Assembly (NCBI GenBank): GCA_965198115.1 | Contig: OZ240241.1 | Coordinates: 7,616,001 to 7,680,000, forward strand | Reading direction: 5' to 3' | DNA from: Candidatus Latescibacterota bacterium | GTDB taxonomy: Bacteria; Latescibacterota; UBA2968 | DNA: 64,000 nucleotides | Shown here: positions 62,567 through 64,000 of the stretch, in pieces | Layout of the letters: each line of letters begins with the position of its first letter | Position numbering within the stretch: position 1 is the first letter of the stretch | Notes under the pieces: generated by a model | What the model was told of the DNA's origin: nothing | The model's database searches: none | The model's input: only the letters and a program-made list of their open reading frames with translations | Program-made: the position numbers and the translations under genes

Positions 62567-63561
62567 TCAGCTTACTTGAAAGGCCCAGGCGTCCCATATG
62601 TTGGTAGATGTCGCCGGAACGTCTTCGTGGAAGTTTCTCGTGTCGACCCACCACTGCTGCTCCCAGCTGGGCCCCCATTCCGGTTCGTAGAGCGACAGAC
62701 CGTCCTTCTGGTAATCGCACAAGGGACGACGTAGCGCATGGCGGGTTCCCCGAGTTCGGCCGAGCGATTGACGCCGGGCGAGTGAATCAGTCGCTGGTGC
62801 CAGAAGACGACGTCTCCGGCCCTGCCCGGGAATTCTACCGGCGTGGTGTTCCTGATCGCGTCGTCACGAGCCTCTGCCAACGCCTCCTCCATTTCGGGAT
62901 CCCGCCTGTTTCCGAAGACGGTGGCGAAGTAAGGATGCAGGCAACGGTGCGAACCGGGCCAAACCGTGAAGCCGCCGCAGTGCGGGGCGATGTCATCGAT
63001 CAGAACCATGGCTGTCAGATGCCCGGTCGTACCGTCGGCGTGTGGTCCCAGTTGGCCTTCGACGTCCGGATCTTGTGGAAACTGAATGTAGACACCACGA
63101 ACCCGTCGCGAGAGTCTGACGGGCTCGCCGATGAACTTTGCAACCAGTTCTCGCATGCGTGGGTGATTCGCGATGCCGTCGACAAAGAGCGGCTCGGAGC
63201 CGATCGCGCCACGTGAGCGGAACTTCCAGCCACCGCGCGTCAGCTGCCCGACCGTCGCTGCATCTTCCTCGGTCCATTCCTCGTTCGGTATGCGGAGCCA
63301 GGAGGTCGGATCGTCACGCTTGAGCAGTCCTCGCGGCACGCTGTCCCACGCGTAGTCGATGATTTTCTTGAAGGTGTCGTGCGCATTCAGCAACCCGCGC
63401 TTGACGAGGAAGCCGTTCTCCTTGAAGAACTCGATTTCAGCGTCGCTGAGTGTCGGATCGCCGTTCGTGAAGTCCGGATAAACGAACACCTTGGCCTCAC
63501 GAATGGGCACCTCATCTTCGGCGGATTCTGTCGTTGGGGAGTGTGGAACCTCCGTGCTCAT
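62567..63561 (-). CDS. PhyH-family dioxygenase; frameshift near 62720
   Basis: FFKENGFLV, PHAD, FTVWPGSH, AGDVVFWH..IHS; the alternative frame gives CDYQKDG..WWVDTRNF..WDAWAFQVS. Confidence 0.8.
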
Positions 63562-63638
63562 TGCGACTCCCAGGGAATAGCTACGTTGCGCGAGTTTCGC
63601 TACGAATGAAAGGGGTCTTTCGGACGTTGTCAATATCA

Positions 63639-64000
63639 TCACCACTGGATCAGGATTCGAAGATTCAGCGGACTGAGGATGCTTCCGAACTGAGCACCAT
63701 CGCCGTCTCTCGCAAGGCCGAAACGCAATCGGGGGGTCCAGAAGATGTATCGATAGCCCATCATCGGTGCGACATAGCCCCCGACAAACAGTCCGGTTCC
63801 ACCCCCGTCATCTTCGGCAGCGAAGCCCGCCACGGTTGCACCGACATCCACGTGGAGGAAGTCCGTCACCGGGTAGCGAATGAAGCCCGATCCGTGGAGG
63901 AGCTCTCAGATGTTCTTGTCAAAGGTGTGGGTGTTCTCTTCCCAGGCGTATCCGAGTTCTCCACCGAAATAGAAACTTCGCTCGGTTTTCCTGGCGTACG
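63639..64000 (-). CDS. Partial outer-membrane beta-barrel-like protein with an in-frame TGA at 63906
   Basis: Alternating beta-strand pattern FYFGGELGYAW, HVDVG, terminal Trp; the frame is open on both sides of the TGA. Confidence 0.5.

Noticed and set aside
40276-63908. TGA recoding (Sec/Trp) suggested by two in-frame ATC-TGA sites
   Set aside because: TGA is the normal stop for many genes here (ATGA overlaps), no SECIS-like hairpin was recognised, and one of the two genes has further lesions
1-64000. CRISPR array, tRNA or rRNA
   Set aside because: No regularly spaced repeat-spacer array, cas gene, tRNA cloverleaf or rRNA-like tract seen; the repeats are dispersed palindromes or microsatellites

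Overview
GC-rich bacterial chromosome segment. The dockerin-like double EF-hand modules, FlgD-Ig/Por-type C-terminal tail, many PhyH dioxygenases and the sulfatase suggest a Latescibacterota-like marine lineage; this is an inference, as no marker gene is present. 1-29 kb: mostly + strand catabolic and accessory genes (aminotransferase, deacetylase, PhyH x3, RraA, sulfatase, amidohydrolase, Gfo/Idh/MocA x2, PQQ propeller, propeller histidine kinase, serine hydrolase, PLP desulfhydrase, AKR, DUF342), separated by a dense set of REP-like palindromes and 7-9 nt simple repeats. 29-48 kb: three secreted cohesin/dockerin-type proteins (one about 2,100 aa), a cold-shock gene, two more PhyH genes, an intact IS1595 (22-bp IRs, 8-bp TSD) carrying cargo, and an IS200. 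47.7-51.9 kb: an ISAzo13 whose right end is interrupted by a head-to-tail ISL3 dimer (8-bp junction spacer, shared 8-bp TSD). 52-64 kb: enolase-superfamily, SDR, TauD, MFS and isomerase catabolic genes. Many genes carry small frameshifts, most likely assembly errors. No rRNA, tRNA or CRISPR array was seen. Best leads: the IS1595 cargo (a 3-TM Pycsar-effector-like protein plus a convergent Lys/Pro-rich peptide), a PhyH paralog pair in which one copy has lost all three iron ligands, the non-cellulolytic cohesin-dockerin set, the ISL3 dimer and REP doublets that resemble the IS200 ends.
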